A DNA stretch of 63,990 nt, filler included, from an uncultured Methanosarcinales archaeon (GTDB taxonomy: Archaea; Nanobdellota; Nanobdellia; Woesearchaeales; CAYPCY01), in NCBI GenBank assembly GCA_964409385.1. It is 7 parts of 5 records of this genome, joined end to end, with 100 filler letters (N's around TTAATTAATTAA, not from the genome) between each part and the next. Parts side by side here need not be neighbours in the genome. Positions count along the whole stretch, not along the records: positions 32,382 to 62,248 come from CAYPCY010000006.1; positions 62,349 to 63,990 come from CAYPCY010000015.1; 5 more parts are not named here. One strand, 5' to 3'. Positions 61,527-63,990 of the stretch are shown piece by piece. Numbering within the stretch: position 1 is the first letter of the stretch; each line of letters opens with the position of its first letter. A model generated the notes under the pieces. The model searched no databases. It saw nothing but the letters and a program-made list of their open reading frames with translations, and was not told the DNA's origin. A program made the translations under genes and the position numbers.

Positions 61527-61757
61527 ATGTTAGAATTATACCAATTTGAAGAATGCCCATACTGCCAAAAAGTAAGAGCAATGTTAAGCGAATTAGAACT
61601 AGACTATATATGTAGAAATGTCTCAAGAAACAAAGAAGAACGAACAATGGTCAAACTAATATCAGGCCAAGAAGGAGTACCCGTCCTAGTAGACAGTGCC
61701 AATAAAAAAGTAGTAGTAGACTCAACCAAAATTATAGAATACTTACAAACAAGATAG
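61527..61757 (+). CDS. Glutaredoxin / GST N-terminal domain protein
   Basis: CPYC, SGQ..VPVLVD, DS..II.YL. Confidence 0.85.
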   Translation: MLELYQFEECPYCQKVRAMLSELELDYICRNVSRNKEERTMVKLISGQEGVPVLVDSANKKVVVDSTKIIEYLQTR

Positions 61758-62202
61758 AATCCTTACTCTCCTCAATCTGTTTAACTACTCTAAAATTATC
61801 TTTTACTGTTTTAATTAATTCACTATAATTAGTTAAACCTTTAACAATAGTAATAACAGCAGTCTCTTTAGTAACTCTCCTTATTTCACTAATCGCTTCC
61901 TTCCTGAAATGATGAAATGCAGAAAGGACAATAGTATGAGTGAATTCCTTATCTTTAAACGGAATGTTCTCTGCAGAAGCTTGGACTAGTTTATGTTTAG
62001 ACTGATTGATAAGTTCTTTATTAGGTTCTATTCCAACTACTTTACACTTATAATAATCTAAAGAAAAACCAGTGCCACAACCCAAATCCAAAACATAATC
62101 TTGCTCTTTCAAATCTAACTCGTTAAGAATAATTCTTAACTTAACTAATTGTTCATCCTTATGAAGTCTATTGTAAGCCTCAGCAATATAACCAATACTC
62201 AT
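61732..62202 (-). CDS. Class I SAM-dependent methyltransferase
   Basis: VLDLGCGTG, AE.IPF....F, AFHH. Confidence 0.85.
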   Translation of the reverse strand: MSIGYIAEAYNRLHKDEQLVKLRIILNELDLKEQDYVLDLGCGTGFSLDYYKCKVVGIEPNKELINQSKHKLVQASAENIPFKDKEFTHTIVLSAFHHFRKEAISEIRRVTKETAVITIVKGLTNYSELIKTVKDNFRVVKQIEESKDSILFVSIL

Positions 62203-62248
62203 TCGAACCTAGGAACAAGAGAAGAATAATGATCAATAGTGTATTGGG

Positions 62249-62348
62249 NNNNNNNNNNNNNNNNNNNNNNNNNNNNNNNNNNNNNNNNNNNNTTAATTAA
62301 TTAANNNNNNNNNNNNNNNNNNNNNNNNNNNNNNNNNNNNNNNNNNNN
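62249..62348. other. Artificial contig linker
   Basis: N-run with TTAATTAATTAA. Confidence 0.98.
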
Positions 62349-62469
62349 TCAAAACTCAAAGAGTTTAGAAACAACAGAAATCAAAGATTTCTGGGAGTCA
62401 AAACTCAAAGAGTTTAGAAACAACAGAAATCAAAGATTTCTGGGAGTCAAAATTCTACGAATTTAGAAA
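62349..62469. repeat. 49-bp tandem array of alternating hairpins (REP/BIME-like)
   Basis: TCAAAACTC-AAA-GAGTTTAGAAA plus CAGAAATC-AAA-GATTTCTG at 62349 and 62398; variant TCAAAATTC-TAC-GAATTTAGAAA at 62447. Confidence 0.9.
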
Positions 62470-62501
62470 TGTTAATATACTTGTTTTTTAGAAGTTAAAT
62501 T

Positions 62502-62771
62502 ATGAAACAAGTTCATTTGATAATTTCTGGATCTGTCAAAGGCGTTTTTTTCAGGGATTTTGTTAAAACTAGTGCTGAAAAACTTGGACTGACTGGTTTT
62601 GTTAAGAATTTAGAAACTTCTGTAGAAGTTGTTGCGGAAGGTCCTGAAAAAAAATTGCTTGAATTTATTAAGAATTGTAAAATCGGCCCGTCTAGTGCTA
62701 GAATTTCTAATGTTGGTGTTGAATGGTTTGAGTATATTGGAGAATTTGAAAAATTTTCTATAGATTATTAA
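62502..62771 (+). CDS. acyP: Acylphosphatase
   Basis: I.G.V.GVFFR, GLTGFVKN, VEVVAEG, GP..ARI, F.I. Confidence 0.88.
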   Translation: MKQVHLIISGSVKGVFFRDFVKTSAEKLGLTGFVKNLETSVEVVAEGPEKKLLEFIKNCKIGPSSARISNVGVEWFEYIGEFEKFSIDY

Positions 62772-63045
62772 ATGCTTGGTCTGATTTAAATCTGGTGTAT
62801 CCTTTTCTTGTTATTTTATTGTCATCCCAACCGTCTGCAAGGTCTATTTCTTCAACGTATTGGCTGAAGTTTCCTTGGTATGGATCGAAAGAATCTTTTT
62901 TTGCTAATTCATAACTGTTTATTATTTGTTCGGGTAATTGGGAATTTTCAAATTCATAATTTTTCATTATTTCTGGTCCTTGAATATTCCCTGCACAACC
63001 TATGATTGTTGCTAATCCTGTTTTTAAAATATTTCTTATTTTCAT
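62758..63045 (-). CDS. Hypothetical, possibly lipoprotein-like protein
   Basis: Basic N-terminus, IIGC, D.ADG.DD..IT. Confidence 0.5.
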   Translation of the reverse strand: MKIRNILKTGLATIIGCAGNIQGPEIMKNYEFENSQLPEQIINSYELAKKDSFDPYQGNFSQYVEEIDLADGWDDNKITRKGYTRFKSDQAFNNL

Positions 63046-63608
63046 TTTAAGTATGGTGTTATGCTTGTCCTTTTTCTTTGTCTTGGTCTTTTATACTGCA
63101 TATTAGTATCATTTGAAATTGTTCTAGGTTTTAATCCTAGTTCTTCAAGTGTTGGTTTTTCATTTATTTTATGTATTACACTTGCATTTCCTTTAGAGTG
63201 TGGAATCCAGGTTCTGTCGTGTGTTTTCCAGGTTCCTCTCCATCCTAGATTTGCAGCGCCATTATCTATTGCTTCCTGCCAATTTATTCCTGTTAGAATT
63301 CCTGTTTCTCCAAATATTCTTTCATATTCAACTTCTGTATTAAATTCTCCTTTGAATTTTACTGGTTGGTATGTTAGATTAGTTGGATCTTCCACTCCTT
63401 TTGTTGCTAATTCATTTATTCTATTAGCGAAAGCTCCATCATAATTTTCTTGTGGTCTTTTAATATTAGCAAATTTTCTTGCATGTTCCACGCTAGTGTT
63501 TAGAATGTCTTCCTTGCTCATTTCTGAAGCAAATTTTCTTTCCATTCCTCCTAAGCAATTAAATACTTTAAATCTTCTTTCTCCGCTTAGGATTTTTTCT
63601 AATATCAT
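63042..63608 (-). CDS. Hypothetical protein
   Basis: 188-aa ORF coupled to both neighbours. Confidence 0.55.
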   Translation of the reverse strand: MILEKILSGERRFKVFNCLGGMERKFASEMSKEDILNTSVEHARKFANIKRPQENYDGAFANRINELATKGVEDPTNLTYQPVKFKGEFNTEVEYERIFGETGILTGINWQEAIDNGAANLGWRGTWKTHDRTWIPHSKGNASVIHKINEKPTLEELGLKPRTISNDTNMQYKRPRQRKRTSITPYLK

Positions 63609-63956
63609 TTACTTCTTATAGTTGATTATGTTTTTTAATCTTTGCAAATTACTATTTGATCTTACTTTTGTGTCATGGTTTGCATCTCTTACATAATCTA
63701 TTTTATTAGTGTTAAATCCTAAATCTCTTAGAAATAATTCGTTTGAGTTAGGCCATAATTCTATTCCTTCATTTAATATTTCAAAGAGTGAACTTTGATT
63801 ATGTCTTAATCCGTATTCAAGATCTTCTTCTAAACTATAAATTCCTTCTCTTTTTTGTCCTATTTGGATTATGTCTTCTTTAGAAAGAGTTCCATCTCCA
63901 TCATTATCTTGTATTCTTACTCTTATTGTGTCTGTTGGTGAGGAGTATGTTTTCAT
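63609..63956 (-). CDS. Hypothetical protein with EF-hand-like loop
   Basis: DNDGDGTLSKED. Confidence 0.5.
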   Translation of the reverse strand: MKTYSSPTDTIRVRIQDNDGDGTLSKEDIIQIGQKREGIYSLEEDLEYGLRHNQSSLFEILNEGIELWPNSNELFLRDLGFNTNKIDYVRDANHDTKVRSNSNLQRLKNIINYKK

Positions 63957-63990
63957 AAAAACGTCATAATCTTCTGTTTTTCCAGTTGTT

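Overview
Very AT-rich archaeal DNA, most consistent with a DPANN lineage (Woesearchaeota/Pacearchaeota-like; inferred from archaeal S3Ae, L7Ae, S28e, L24e, aEF-1a, aEF-2, AglB, Bud32, many short orphan genes and BRE/TATA promoters). The window is not one contiguous molecule: six 100-nt N-linkers containing TTAATTAATTAA join seven contigs, so adjacency across linkers means nothing. Contents: translation and housekeeping genes (gyrB, class II lysS, pth2, tmk, xth, ndk, a rearranged L7Ae-S28e-L24e-ndk-EF2-EF1a-S10 operon), three complete tRNAs (His, intron-containing Thr, Ser) plus one 3' tRNA half, pilin-like genes with a prepilin peptidase, a large S-layer-like protein and a RelE-type TA pair. 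Most interesting: (1) an aglB-linked glycosylation locus with a phosphonate pathway (cytidylyltransferase-PepM fusion, Ppd, phosphonoacetaldehyde reductase), suggesting hydroxyethylphosphonate-decorated surface glycans; (2) a family of short hairpin elements that appears in tandem arrays with duplicated host sequence at the rpsJ 3' end and tRNA-Ser 5' end, inside a tRNA intron and in intergenic DNA; (3) a RimK plus retropepsin-like peptidase pair near an unannotated 35-aa acidic peptide; (4) an uncharacterised four-gene module with an insert-bearing metal TIM barrel and a nucleotidyltransferase-HEPN-like protein. All calls come from reading motifs by eye; no database searches were run.
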